In this document: positions 25,316 through 38,544 of the stretch, piece by piece
Numbering within the stretch: position 1 is the first letter of the stretch
Layout: every line of letters starts with the position of its first letter
Assembly: GCA_051294905.1 (NCBI GenBank)
Contig: CM119373.1
Location: 2,544,001 to 2,608,000 of the forward strand
Length of the DNA: 64,000 nucleotides
Direction: 5' to 3'
Source of the DNA: Botryllus schlosseri
Lineage: Eukaryota
Program-made: the position numbers and the translations under genes
The notes under the pieces: generated by a model
What the model saw: only the letters and a program-made list of their open reading frames with translations
Database searches by the model: none
Told to the model about the DNA's origin: nothing

Positions 25316-26993
25316 ACAAATTAGTATTTCTTTATGGGGCGCTGCTGTATGCCTCTGCGGTTTGCCTCTGCTGTTCGCATCTGTACTTTGGGGCTCAGAT
25401 TACAAGGAACACTATATCATATTAAAATTGGAAATAAACTCGCATCGAACAGCGCCTGGCGCGAAGAAAATTTCAAGAATAATTGTAATCTCTCATTGAT
25501 TAGGGAGTCAATTCGTATTCAATCTGCATATTGAGGTCCGCCAATACATCCTACTTTAATTAAGTGTCGACGGCCGCATAATTTTCCATCCACTGCCACA
25601 GTTTGGCCACCCCTGAACTGAAGAAATGATAAATCGTTTTCTAAGCGTCTCGGTCTTGGCAGTGGTGGGCCATTCCACGTCAAGGCAATATGCCCATTCA
25701 TGTCGGAAAATTATTCCTTCATGGAATGATATTACCGTCGCCGAAGCCATGTCAGCTAGTGAGGAATAGTGATATTGGGCACAGGACAATATCTTACTTT
25801 GAACAACATCAGCGATATGTTAAAACTGAAATAAATTTCAGCATTTCTAAATGCTTTACTAAGCGTTCTGCCGAAATTTAAATCAGGTCGCAGGACTCAA
25901 AATGTGACCTCGCGGGCCGCGTGTTGGTGACCCCTGCCCTAGGGCATTGGCCGTCAACCTTTCTTATGCCGATGTAAAGGCCGATGTAAAATATGACTAA
26001 GCTGGCGTGCCAAACATTTCTCATTTTGTCATTAGTATCGTTTCAAGCAATGAATTCCACCTACCGCCTATCAGTATATGGCAACGGCAATATGCTTTTT
26101 TATTAATATTTTATTGTGAGCTTAAAAAGACAGCCGAAAATTCTGAATATCCTGACCGCGGAACTTTGGATGTAGTTCCGGCGCATTGACGTAGCCAGGG
26201 GTCAGCCACATTTTTCGAAGATCTTCTTTATGACCATTAAATATAATATTTCGTCTAGATCTATTTTTCTAAGCACTTCGCGCGATTTATTGTCACTTAA
26301 CCTCTTGCTACTAGTACCCCCTGAAAAATAAAAATCTGCCAAATTTACTGAATTGAGTCCGACTATATTCACAATTATGAGAGAACGTGTCGCCCAACAT
26401 GTGACTTCGCGCCTGCACTCACTCGCAGAAAGAGGGTCGGTGATGAAACCTTCGCATAAAATGATAGACGCATCTTCGATATTTATATGTCTAAGCGCTG
26501 AATAATCCTGTCCTTGACAGGTACGCGTGTGTATTCGTCTTTCTGGTTCACGTTACAATCAGTTGCTGAATCTTCATAAAGCGTGATCTGTTACAGAAAC
26601 TTACCTAATAATGGAAACAGCAATGGACTGGTTTGTGCAAATGCAAACAGGATGTCAGAAGCAGTATAAAAGAGACATGTCATTTACGAGGTGGTTTGAG
26701 TTCGGTTTAGTACAGTTTATTAATAACATTTTTATCGTTTCAAAACATCACAAGACTGCGATACATTGAAAAGATAGGAAGGTGTCGAAGCAACTTGGAG
26801 CATCTTTTCAGATCAGACACGCATCTCGACCTACGCGATGTAAAGAGGAGGCACGCACATTGCACACTGAATGAAAAGTGAAGAAGTTAACATAAAGGGA
26901 CAAGCGACAAAATGAGATGGCACGTTGATCGCAAAAGATATACCAGTGCCATTAAAAACAATACTCGCTTATACCTCCTGCTCGTAGTAACCT

Positions 26994-27242
26994 TTAACCT
27001 GATGACCCTGCTGTTGATGACTTTTTGCTATGTCGTTTTTCTTTGGTGTCGTCATAGTATCCTTTGGCTTCGTCCTCATCCATATCGTAATACACGCGTT
27101 CTTCATCGCCATAACGCCTTCTACTGGCGACGTACCTCCTCCTTCTGGCATAATAGCGGCGGCGCCTGGCCCAGAACCAGGCCTCACCTTGCAGGATAAG
27201 CCCGATTACGACAAGAAGTATCAGAGTGGTTCTCAGCTGCAT
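26994..27242 (-). CDS. Secreted styelin-like Arg/Tyr/Trp-rich peptide precursor, copy A (82 aa; tail frameshifted)
   Basis: Signal MQLRTTLILLVVIGLILQGEA, core WFWARRRRYYARRRRYVASRRRY(G), acidic tail with RVYY and KGYY. Paralogous to 50983-51201 and 54507-54809. 5' UTR intron at 27250-27315. Confidence 0.88.
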   Translation of the reverse strand: MQLRTTLILLVVIGLILQGEAWFWARRRRYYARRRRYVASRRRYGDEERVYYDMDEDEAKGYYDDTKEKRHSKKSSTAGSSG

Positions 27243-27315
27243 GTTAAATCTGCAGAAGATGAAATGAATGTTAATATGGCAATGTAGGAGTATGGAATTC
27301 GCAATCCAGTCTTAC

Positions 27316-27770
27316 TTTGGTATCGTCCCAGTGCTATCGTAGCTCTCGATCGATGTGGAGTGTTTGAAATGTCAAGTTCTTCATATACTTTTCGTAATGG
27401 AACGAACTCCACCTCGAATTACTCCATCACTGCCGTATCCGGCCTCTTCGTTAATTATTATTTTACATTATGAGACTGGATTTTGTCAACAACAGAACTT
27501 CCGATGATTGCCATGGCATTCCATTACCATAAGTTTTGATTATAGCAACCTCTCCATTCGAATGTATATTGATCTTCATGATATGATGTTGATACCCCAT
27601 TCGAGAATAATATAAAGAATGATGAGAAGCTGAGCGGATGGTAGGCCTAATGGTATTATGTGGCAGCTGCTACACTATCCGCGGATGCATCATTTCATGC
27701 TTTCACTTGAATACCACTATTTAGTTAGTTAGACAAACCCTCGATTCCATTGCATATAGACTAAATTGAA
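27316..27770 (-). promoter_or_regulatory. Non-coding exon 1 (about 27316-27361) and promoter of copy A
   Basis: Exon 1 CACTCCACATCGATCGAGAGCTACGATAGCACTGG..ATACCAAA|GTAAG is conserved in all three genes. TATA-like GTATATGAAG lies about 25 bp upstream. Confidence 0.75.
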
Positions 27771-28282
27771 AATGAAGATTGTCGTTGAGTAATGTTGATA
27801 GCCTGGAGGAAGTTTTATCCATATATTTATGTGCGTATTGATATACATACGATGCGTTTCGGCACTAGGTTTCATATTCGACATTATACTCTCATGGCGA
27901 TGAGCGGCTATGAGTGATCATTGCATTGTTGCGAAGCCGTTCCTAACATTTGTGAGCATGAGCATACTCGTAATTTTACATGATCCATATATCTATAATA
28001 TTCATAGTATAGGGGCGGTGGTTCTTCTTCTGTGACATGCACGCCACTAGTTGTACGCGAGAGCTTCTCATGTTGTCTTAATTCACAGTCCTTCACAGCA
28101 TATAAAACCATTATAAATACACGGTGTAAGTAATTTTTTCCAGTTGTGCAACAATTTTCCGTTATTGGTAATGATGATCAGTCTTAAGTTGGTTTCAGGA
28201 TTGGTGAGGCCGCGTGCAATATGTAAATATGGCGCAGTAAACTCAATATACTTTCGTAAATTCGGTTTTGCGCCACCGGATC

Positions 28283-29634
28283 CCATAGCAGCTGCATGAA
28301 TCCTGCATTCGATTACATTTACTAACCCAAGTAAAACCGACGCACTCATATTCAAGCAAAATCCTTTGTTGTCAGTCAATCATTTTACAGCTCAAGGTGA
28401 AGATAGATGCAAGAAATGAATTACAGATAAAAGTAGATAGAATACGTTTAACGCTATAAGGCACGGGGAACGAACTGAAAACCACGAATTTTAGTAAGTG
28501 GTCCGATTCCAAACGGCCTAAATGCCGGCTGGCATGAATCGGTAACGTGATACATATATGCACCATGCGTGATCAGCATAGTGAATACCTTTAGATACGG
28601 GGTTCACAATTATCGCTTTATATAGCGGGCACGAATATGAGATCATATATTTATGTTAGCAGATTACCGCAAACTGCAGGTTTTACTGGGAGTATTAGGC
28701 TACATTGAGTCATATGGAAGATATTGCCTACTAATGACTCCGAAAGGTCTTTCACCTTCATTTTTCATGATTTTATAGCCCTTGGTAATACATTCAAGAA
28801 AATTTATTACAGGTAGAGGGCTCCTTCCTCTACCTTGCTACGATATTGTGTGGCGATGATGCAATTCAATTCAATTGATTGCTAGAGTTTTTATCATTTC
28901 AATACACAACAAGACTGCGATACAGCGCAAGATGGGATGGTGTAGAAATGACTTGAAGTAGTCTTCGAAGTCGGACACCCACCCGACATGCTACCTGAAA
29001 AGTATGGATTAGTTGCATTCAGTTTGAGTTCCCGGCGTAGTCTTGTGTCTATCTGAGATATTTTGCTTGGTGTTGTTTGTCGCCAACATCAATTAGTTCG
29101 TAGCACTGTAGTACATGTACTGCAACAAACCTATGGTTTCTGTTTTGAAAGCTTTCTCAAACTTTTATTATTAACACCCGCCTCCTTTTATCATTTATTC
29201 CATGGGGATATACAGTATTTGTGAATGTGACTTTGGGTGATGCATGACGTTTGTTTCCGGCAAACTTATAGTCTTTTTGTCCAATAATTGCATGCGTTAG
29301 ACCAGTGTTTTTTTACCGGTTTTCCACGGAACATCTGGGGTTCAGTGGGGCAATGTTTCCTTTTTATTTTTCACGAGTCTGCACGGTATCACCGACTCAC
29401 TGCGCAGTCCCTTGAACAAAAACAAGAAAAAACACAAATGGGTCGTCACCCTGATGCAACTCCCGATTTCCCGAATTTCGCGAAACTCTGATGTTTGCAG
29501 CGACGGACTTGAGATTTTGTTACCGCATTTTGATACATTTTCTGCAAAAAGGGATGGTGTCGCTTCGTCTGATAATTTTCTTTCGAATCACAGGTGGATT
29601 TTGTGGGTGCGGCGCACATTTTTCTCTGCGCGCA
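28283..29634 (+). repeat. Segmental duplication, copy 1 (copy 2 at 37072-38544)
   Basis: Collinear direct repeat with scattered substitutions and indels. Both copies share the embedded LINE fragment and hAT end. Confidence 0.9.
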
Positions 29635-31085
29635 AACTTTGTCAGCAGTTCGAGCAGTGTGGCGAGATAGCGCAGTGGTATAATCCGTGGCTGCAACAAC
29701 AATAGGTGCGGGTTCTAGTCCGCCCGAGGTCGACTTCAGAATTCCTAAACCTAAGTGTAGGAGGTTTATCTAAGCGCCGCCTCGCCACCTCATCCTCGTA
29801 ATCGGTGTCTTACAAAAAGCCGATGAGTGGCCGTGCTATAAGTCGGCAGTTACGGAATAAAAATGAAGGATATCGGTCTGGTGTAAATAACCATTGTAGT
29901 CGACAAGCACCATGAATACCACCAAAACAAACATGAATTTTTTTTATTTTAACGAAATCTGGCCCTATGAATAATTTCAGTAGTTACATGACGCATTATA
30001 GAATAAATAATTAAAATTCGTTTTAGTACGACGAAAGATGCTTTCCTACATTCTCGGGTAGAAAGTGTCTGTCCTTACTAAGTAGCTTGCCTAGAACGGA
30101 GAAAGAACGTTCAACAGCAGCAGTTGTTGGCTGACAACAATGAAGTTGTGCGTACGCTACTGGTGACACACCGCGTTGCTTTATTCTGACAATGTTGTCT
30201 ACATCACAATTTTTCATCATGTACTTCTTGATATAAGAACCAATGCCCACGCAGTCTTGCTTCAGTTATGATATTGCGGTACGTTGACCATAACACCATG
30301 TCAACCTATTTGTTTCATTTGACCGTTTATGATTCACAATAAGCAGACAATGGGCCGTCTACAACGGTAGGCCAATAAATTAAGCTACAGGCTGTAAAAT
30401 ATCGAAGGATGAATTCACCGACAGTTCATATTCTATGACACAAACGAAATGCAGGGGTCAAAAGATTTTTTACTTTGTAAACAGTTTTGAAAAATTTTTG
30501 ACCTAAGACTACAATTTTGCAAAAATGTTGACTTATTTTGACATGACCAAAAAACTGCCCTAGTGATAATACGTTCGTGTTTGCCATCACTGGTTACTGG
30601 TAATGAGGCCCGATTAGTAGTCGAATTGCGCCTGCTATGGTGGTAGGTCGTGTGCAGTGGCGTACGCTGGGTAGGTTGGGGTTTGAATTCGAAACCGCGT
30701 CCTTCTGGAATGCAAATTCTATCTCCAATACATATAAACTCATTTGCAATTAGGTAATTGGTGTCACGTGGTTCCATTTAGACAAGGTAATACCATGACA
30801 CTCTCATTTCTGAGCTGGTATATGGAAGGGAAGAGCAGAAGTCGCACTAATCTGCCATAAATATTCATTAAGGTGTTTTATTTTGAATGAAAGTTATATT
30901 TCATTAATTTTGTTCTTTTAATACTCTGTCGTTGCTTTATTTGGTGCACCAGTAGTCCATAGTGATGTCATAAATGTGGATTGTCATTGTTTTTCGTTTT
31001 ATGAGTCAGTGAAAATTTGGTGCTCCGTGAAGGCGTGCAGTTTAGCGCGACTGTTCCCCACGTTAGTAAAGGTTACGAACCACTG
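29303..31085 (-). mobile_element. hAT deletion derivative with a transposase C-terminal dimerisation fragment (about 30023-30260)
   Basis: TSD CGTTAGAC / CGTTAGAT. Translation QPTTAAVERSFSVLGKLLSKDR. Confidence 0.8.
29661..29933 (+). mobile_element. tRNA-derived SINE, near full-length
   Basis: A-box TAGCGCAGTGGT, B-box GGTTCTAGTCC. Homologous to 22504-22748. Confidence 0.8.
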
Positions 31086-31341
31086 CGTTAGATAAATGTG
31101 CCAAAGCTGTGTGTCAGTAAAGGTAGTGCTCGATGGTTTGTGACATTCAATTTTGTTTTTGAACTTGAGTTCAGTTTTCAGTATTAATATCAGTATTTTG
31201 GTGTAGGCTATTTTTTATTGTTAATGTTATTGTGGCATCACTTCTAGTTGGATATCAGCAATGAATAATTTGACCCTATTTTTAGCATTATTTAACGAGG
31301 CGCGACACTCGACCCATTGAACCTTTATGCGAATATGACCC

Positions 31342-34300
31342 ATGTATGTATGTATATTGTGGTTATGGTGCTTAGCAGCTACGGCCTTGTGCACCAGACC
31401 GAAGTGTTGTAGGCATGTGTACTAGATTCTACTGCTGCATTATAGTTGCCTCTCGGTCAGGAAAACATAATCGATCACAGGCAAAATTGTGTAAGGGTTG
31501 CCGAGAAGTGACACAATGTCTATGGGCACATTATTTCGTAGTGCAATGTCCTTAAAATAGTTACGCTGTGAGCTATATCGAGAACATTGAAACAAGAAAT
31601 GCTCAACCGTCTCTATAACGCCACATGTTGCACAAAGGCCATCGTCGTGACATCCAATTTTATGTAAGTGCCCGTTGAGTTTACAATGTCCAGTCTGAAG
31701 CCGTAACAATATTGCTGTTTCCCTTCTTGATAGTCCCAGTGGCTGCGAGATATCATGTGCGGCGTGAATTCGCTTGTAGATATTGTCTGAATCATTCGTT
31801 TCAAATTCGTTTTTCCATCTTTAGCGAGTCATATCTTTGATAATTATTTTGGCCTCTTGTAGGCAGAGTGGGATGTCACTGGATGATCGTTGTATTGGAA
31901 GCGTAGCCGCTTCCTTGGCGAGTTTATCGGCTATACCGTTGAATCCAATCCCGCAGTGACCTGGAATCCAAATAAATGTAATATTTATCCCAGCACGATC
32001 AAGATATCTGCACGAAATTAAAATATCCTCGACTATAGCGCGTGCATTACTGGTTTTACGAGTTTTGAGCATAGTTAAGGCGCTCAAACTATCTGATAAA
32101 ACTGCAATGCCGCAGGTCTGTATAGTTCCTCGGCGCACGACATCAATTATCCAATTAAGACTCTCGTTTATAGCGACTAATGCTGCTGTTAGGATCGATA
32201 TTCTGACATTAAGGGTGGATTTATGCGAAAACTCGAATGACTTAATATAAAAACCGGCACCACAGCCATTTACAGTCTTTGAACCGTCAGTATAGACGTG
32301 TAATCTATCCCTGTAGTTTGCGTATATATATTCTTCACTAGTTTGTTTGATGATTTCCGGGTGGTCTGATTTCTTGATCTCCCGTGAAAGACCTACGTCT
32401 ATAGTACATCCAGGATTTTCCCAAGGATCCATAGTCGATGGTCTTATTTTCTCAATGTGGAGATCTACGAGCCCGTTTCCTGTAAGCATGTTAAAGGTAA
32501 CAAAATTCTCAGAATCTGGGAAGATTTCTTGCCAGGCGTATTCGACCAGGGCTTCACAAGGGTTGTTATTTTGCGACTGTATTGATGCGCGGAAATTCAT
32601 GCATGCCTGGTAATGTCTTAAATGTATTGGTGCTTCGTCACACGAATGCTGAAGCGCGTATACGGGTGTCGAAGCCATAGCTCCCGTGCATATCCTAAGA
32701 GCTGCATTTTGTATCTTCTGGATACCCTGTGCCACGGACTTTGTTGACATCAAATATGCTTCGAAACCATACTCTATGAGTGGACGTATTAAAGCTCTAT
32801 ACAATGTAAGCAGGCATGACGTTGAGGCACCCCACGTCGTCCCGCACAATACTCGCAAGACGTTTAGTCGTTTTGCGCAACGTTCTGTTACCAAACGCGA
32901 ATGTGTTTTGTAGCTGAGTCGAGAGTCAAAAGTAATACCTAGATATTTGTGTTCCTTGTGTACTGGTAGAGTCGCGTTATCGATTGTTAGACACACTTCC
33001 GGCACCTTACGCCGTCTGGTAAAAATGATAGCCGCGGATTTGTTAACATTCACTCTAAGGCCCCATTTTTGGCACCAAACAGATATTTCAGTTAACGAGG
33101 ATTGTAGCGTGTTCAAAATACTAGGAATCTGTAGTCCAGACTCCCATACGCAAGCGTCATCCGCATATAGATTAATGTTGGACGCAATATTCCCGGGAAG
33201 GTCATTTATCAGTATCGAAAAAAGTAATGGACTCAGTACACTGCCTTGTGGCGTTCCATTATCGAGGACAAATGTATTTGAAAGGATTGATCCAATACGC
33301 ACTTGGAAGGTGCGGTCTGATAGGAAAGAGCATATCCACTGGAAGATATTTCCCGACAACCCGATCTTACGTAATTTGATTATAAGCGATTCTCGCCAGA
33401 CGCGATCGTAAACCTTCTCGAGATCTAGAAAAACTGCGGCAACCGTTGTCCTGTTCCAAATCGATTTGTACACGTCATCGTGCAACGACAATATACTATG
33501 TCTGGTCGATCTACCTCTGCAAAAACCGCTTTGAGACACATGCATAATGTTATTTGTTTCTAGCCACCATTGTAATCGGTTGGCGATCATGCGCTCCATT
33601 ATCTTGCACAGATTGCTCGTTAGGGATACAGGTCTGTATGACTGAGATTTTTCTGGTGGTTTCCCCGGTTTGAGTATTGGGATGACGATGGCATGCTTCC
33701 ATGCTTCTGGACAGTGACCCCTCATCCACAATTTGTTCAAGGCTTCGAGTAGTGTGCCTAGACAGTCATCTGGAAGCGTCGATATCATCTTGTAGCATAT
33801 TCTGTCATAGCCAGGTGATGTATTCCGTCTTTTTTTTAGAATAGTAGTGAGTTCATTCAACGTGAACGGTCGGTTAATGCCCATTTCTTCAAGAGGCCGG
33901 TGATATGGTATGCCGTCTAATTCTGATCCGAGATTCATTTTGCACGCCTTCTCTTCTTCGGTCAGATTACTATTACTGCTTTTTGCAGAAAATGTTCTGC
34001 CTAGTTCGTTGGCCTTGTCTGTCTGATCTGTCAGTTCGATGTGGTCATCAGTTTTAATAACACGAATCTGATGTTGTATCTCCAGACATTGCCTTAATGC
34101 ATCTCCAGACATTCGCAAGCTTAGTGTTGTTATCTAATGAATTGCAGAAAAACCTCCAATGTGATCGTTTCGCAGACAAAATACATTTTCTTGCGGCTGA
34201 TCTTCTTTGCTTGAAAAGTATGATGTCATCCATGTTGAAAGTTCTTCTCATTTTCTTGAAGGCTGCTCGTTTAAGTCGAACAGCTTTTGCGCATTCCTCA

Positions 34301-35895
34301 TTCCACCAAGGGACCATCGTTTTCGACGAGGGCTTGGTGACTGGTATCGTTGTAGAGGCCGCTTCAATGATTGCCTTTGATATCTTTTCAACGGCTGACG
34401 TATCGGATGCATCGATTTGTTGAATTTCCGTTGGCATGTCGCTTGAAACCCTGCCCAATCGGCACGACGGAGAGACCACGAGGGAAAATGTGTCTGTATG
34501 GTCTGGTGCGGTACGTCAATTTCTGTGATAACGACGAAATGGTCACTTCCCAAAAGTCTGTCCGTAACCTTCGTTGTTGCACGATGGGCAATATCATTTG
34601 AGACCAGCACCAGATCTAATAGCGTCATTCTTCCAGTGTTTGTATGAGAGATATCGAGTCTGGTTGGCTGGGTTGTGTTAGTAACCACGAGGTCCATGTT
34701 TTGAATGACATGATAAATATGCCTGCCTGTTGTATTCATATTTCGACTTCCCCACATTGGGTGATGTGCGTTGAGATCCCCAACCACTATGGATTTGTTA
34801 TCACATATTTGGAAACATCGGATGCACTGGGAACGGGATAATCTTCTGTTAGGCGGAATATATAGGCTACATTCATGACGATTGTATCGGCTATTTTTAT
34901 TGCCTGTGCTTCTATCGGCTGGACTGCAGGCAACGATACTTCGCAAAACGGAATGCTGTTCTTAATAAACATACACACCCCTCCACCGTGAATGTCTCTG
35001 TCTTTTCTTATTAACGTGTATTGGGAAAATCGTGGGTTATATTTACTAATCAGATGCGTTTCTTGTAATGCTATGATGTCAGGTAGTTTTTCTAGGCTCT
35101 CTATGTATTGCTTCAGTTCATTTATTTTCCTGTATACTCCACGACAGTTCCATTGACATATAATTAGGGGTTTGAAGGTGTACCATAAGTCAGGTCCATA
35201 GCATCGTTGGAGTGTTGCGGACTTTGCGAGGTCAATGCTTCCGTACGATCGCGGTTATTGCTCGCCTCAGGAGCATTCATCAATGGATTTCTATATTCTG
35301 CGGTTGATGCATTTGTATCGATAGTGTTACTTTGGCTCGGACCGGTGCGATTTTTTGATGAGGTCATTCTTAATCGACGTCTACTGGCTGCATTTTCCGC
35401 TTCCGTTGCAGGTTTATCATTGGGGTTGGATGTCTGACTATTCCTAGAGTTTGATTCAGCACCAAAAACCGTAAAACCAAGTTTATCTCCAGCCGACTTT
35501 CTGACTATTTCTTCAATGTTTATTTCCTTTTGTTCAGAGAAAGCCAGTAGAGTGTTTTTCATCACTTCAGCTATGAACGTGAAAAATGTTTCCGTTGTAA
35601 TAGTGATCTGTTTGTTGGACGCCGAGATGAGATTGGGGTCTGTTCCAGGCCGTTCACTGATCGGGTTATTGTTGGTTTGGTGCAAGGAAGGGTATTGCGG
35701 TAACGGCGGGTAGGAGAGGGGGTTCTGATATATATTCTCATGCGGAGTGTTTGTGTGTGTGGTAGCGGTTTGCAAGTTGTTTGCATGCAAGGTCTGGTCC
35801 TGTTGTTGCGACATTTGTCTAGCAGTCCAGTAATCAACATTCGAGTTTGCCATAATGTATTGGATACGAGCTTCTTTTCTATATCTTTATTTCCG
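31342..35895 (-). mobile_element. I-group (I/Nimb-like) LINE: ORF1 remnant + frameshifted ORF2 (APE-RT-RNase H-CCHC)
   Basis: APE motifs QWNCRG, LQET, GDLNAHH, GSDH. RT motifs YRPVSL, GTPQGSVLSP, YADD. RNase H motifs YTDGSK, WIPGHCG...ADKLAK. Terminal C-x2-C...H...C and a (TACA)n tail. Several frameshifts. Confidence 0.93.
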
Positions 35896-36101
35896 CGTCC
35901 TCACGGCAGCCAGTTCAGCCCAGAAGAGAGCATGCATTGTCATGGGTCCACCAAGTGTCCATTTAACGTAGTCGAAGCTAGACACTTGGCGGCCCTAGAA
36001 ATAACAGTACCATTACAATAGTAACTAACCATCATCACATACACCCATAATAGGTGGGCTGTCACACTTAGTTTGCTCAAAAATGACCCAGAACGCCAGA
36101 C

Positions 36102-36360
36102 TGTTATGTTCTTGATCTTGTTTGAACAATAACTCATACGACGAGGTTGCAATATGAAATCAGTACATATCAGCAGAATAACTTCAAGGCAGCGACACGA
36201 TCCAAAGTACAGATAAACGAAATATCAGTCAATGACAGAGCACAGGGTATAAATACAACGCGAGGCACACGAGGAAATAATGATTGGCGCTAATTACTAG
36301 TCCTATATTTCTATACCAAATAGAGTGAAACGATACCAACGTATATACTCGAACATAACA
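36102..36360 (-). mobile_element. 3' LTR of a gypsy-type retrotransposon
   Basis: Perfect 10-bp terminal inverted repeats TGTTATGTTC / GAACATAACA. Polypurine tract AGGGGAGGAC immediately upstream on the minus strand. Confidence 0.85.
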
Positions 36361-36700
36361 GTCCTCCCCTGTAAGTAAAAGGGTACAAGGTGATTCACGT
36401 TGGCCGATAGAAATCAGTTTGTTTACTATTTCTAACGGGGTAACGTCTACCCGACGTACGAGCAGGACTAGCTGCAGGATGTTGTGCCCTATTACGAACC
36501 AATGGTTGCTCAGCAGCTTGTGATTGCCGAGGCTCCGCAATTTCCTGTTTGGCTGTATTATTATGGCCAGCTGAAATCAAGCGTGGTTGGAGTTGGTTTT
36601 TATGCCTCCTCCAATATTCATGATCTGTTTTGACTATGTACATAACGCGTCCCAGTATTTCCGTCACCAAATTGCGCGGCTGCCAACCTGGGAAAGATGG
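36361..36700 (-). mobile_element. Gypsy (Mag/K02A2.6-like) integrase C-terminal remnant and PPT
   Basis: Translation VTEILGRVMYIVKTDHEYWRRHKNQL...RRYPVRN. Confidence 0.7.
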
Positions 36701-37071
36701 ACATGAAATTTCTTGCTCTGTTCGGGTATACATATATTTTCGACCGTGAACATTAACGAGACAAGGCTACGTTCTGATATAACTGATGCAGTCTTTACTA
36801 AGGGTTTCTACATACTACATGCAGCCAGACTTTGCTGACAACTCTGACCGGCCACAAGTGTCCGATTGACTTCAAGAGCTACTGTTAATAGATTCATTAA
36901 ATAGGCTACTGTTTTGGTGTTTATGCTTTAAACTATGTTCACATTAAATACGATTTATTCCTTATATATATGGATAAATACGCCATTATTGTATATACTA
37001 TGTAATCCGGCCCGCCGTGTGTTTCATTTTCCCATATCCGGCCTGTCGACCGGAGAAGTTGCCCGCCCCCG

Positions 37072-38544
37072 CCATAGCAGCTGCATGGACCCTGCATTTT
37101 ATTACATTTACTAACCCAAGTAAAACCAACGCACTCAAATTCAAGCAAAATCCCCTGTTGTCAGTCAATCATTTTACAGCTCAAGGTGGAGATAGATGTA
37201 AGAAATGAATTACAGATAAAAGTAGATAGAATACGTTTAACGCTATAAGGCACGGGGAACGGACTGAAAACCGCGACTTTTTAAAAGGTGGCCGATTCTG
37301 AGAGGCCTAAATGCCGGCTAGCATGAAGAGGCAGCGTGATACATATATGCGCCATGTGCTATCATTAATGACTATATTCAACACATACTGGATTCACTAT
37401 TATCGTTTCATGACACGAATATGAGATGAGAAATTTATGGTAGCAGAATTCCGCAAACTGCAAGTTTTACTGGGAGCTTCATGCTACATTTAGTCCTATT
37501 GAAGATCTGTATACTTGTATAGTCTACTAATGAGTCTGAAAGTTCTTTCACCTTCATTTTTCACGATTTTAGAGACCTTGAAAAATGATTAAAGATAATT
37601 TAGTTTTTTTTTGTCGGAGGGGTACTGGGCTCCTTCCTCTCCCTTGCTACAGTCCTGTGTGGCGATGATGCAATTCAATTCAATTTATTGCTAAAAAAAT
37701 CATCATTTCAATACACCACAAGACTGCGATACAATGAAAGATAGAATGGTATCGAAACGACTTGGACTAGTCTTCGAAATCAGACACCCACCTTGCATGC
37801 CATGCAGTTGGCGTTTTCCGGCGTAGTCTTGTGTCTATCTGAGATATTTTGTTTGGTGTTGTTTGTCGTCGGTATAAATTAATTTGCATTGTAGCGCATG
37901 TACTGCGACAAGCCTATTATTTCTGTTTTGAAAGTATTCTCAACTTTTTGTCAACACCTGCCTTCTTTTATACTATTTATAATGATATACAGTATTTGTG
38001 AATGTGACTTTCGGTGGTGCATGACGCATGTTGTCAGCAAACTTAGTCTTTCTGTTCAATAATTTATTTGCATACGTCAGACCAGTGGTTCTTGACTGGT
38101 GAACCACGGAACAGCAGGGGTTCAGTAAGCAAGTCTTAGGCAATGTTCCCTTTAATTTTTCACGAGTCTGCGCGGTCTCAACAACTCACTGCGCGGTCCC
38201 TTGAACAAGAGTGCGTAGCCACGGCTGGACACCCGATTTACCCGCAATTTTTCCGGTAATGTGTGGTGCTCACTACAAAAAAAGGTTTTCACTCCGGCTC
38301 GACTCAGGAATTATCCACTTTTTCACGATAACTTCTGATGCTGATTAGAAAGGTCGTCACTCTGACTCGAATCTACATTGTTCGGAATTTTGCGAAACTC
38401 TGACGTATGCTGCGACGGACTCCAGTTCTTTTTCATCGGATCTTAATACATTTTACACAAAAGTGATGGTGTCGCTTCGTCTGATAATTTTTTCGAATCA
38501 CTGGTGGATATTTTTTTGTGTGCGGCATATATTTTTTGTGCGCG
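37072..38544 (+). repeat. Segmental duplication, copy 2 (of 28283-29634)
   Basis: Collinear direct repeat. Confidence 0.9.

Noticed and set aside
31821..34118. 765-aa RT ORF as a domesticated or novel reverse transcriptase system
   Set aside because: Part of a standard frameshifted I-group LINE ORF2 with APE, RNase H and a simple-repeat tail.
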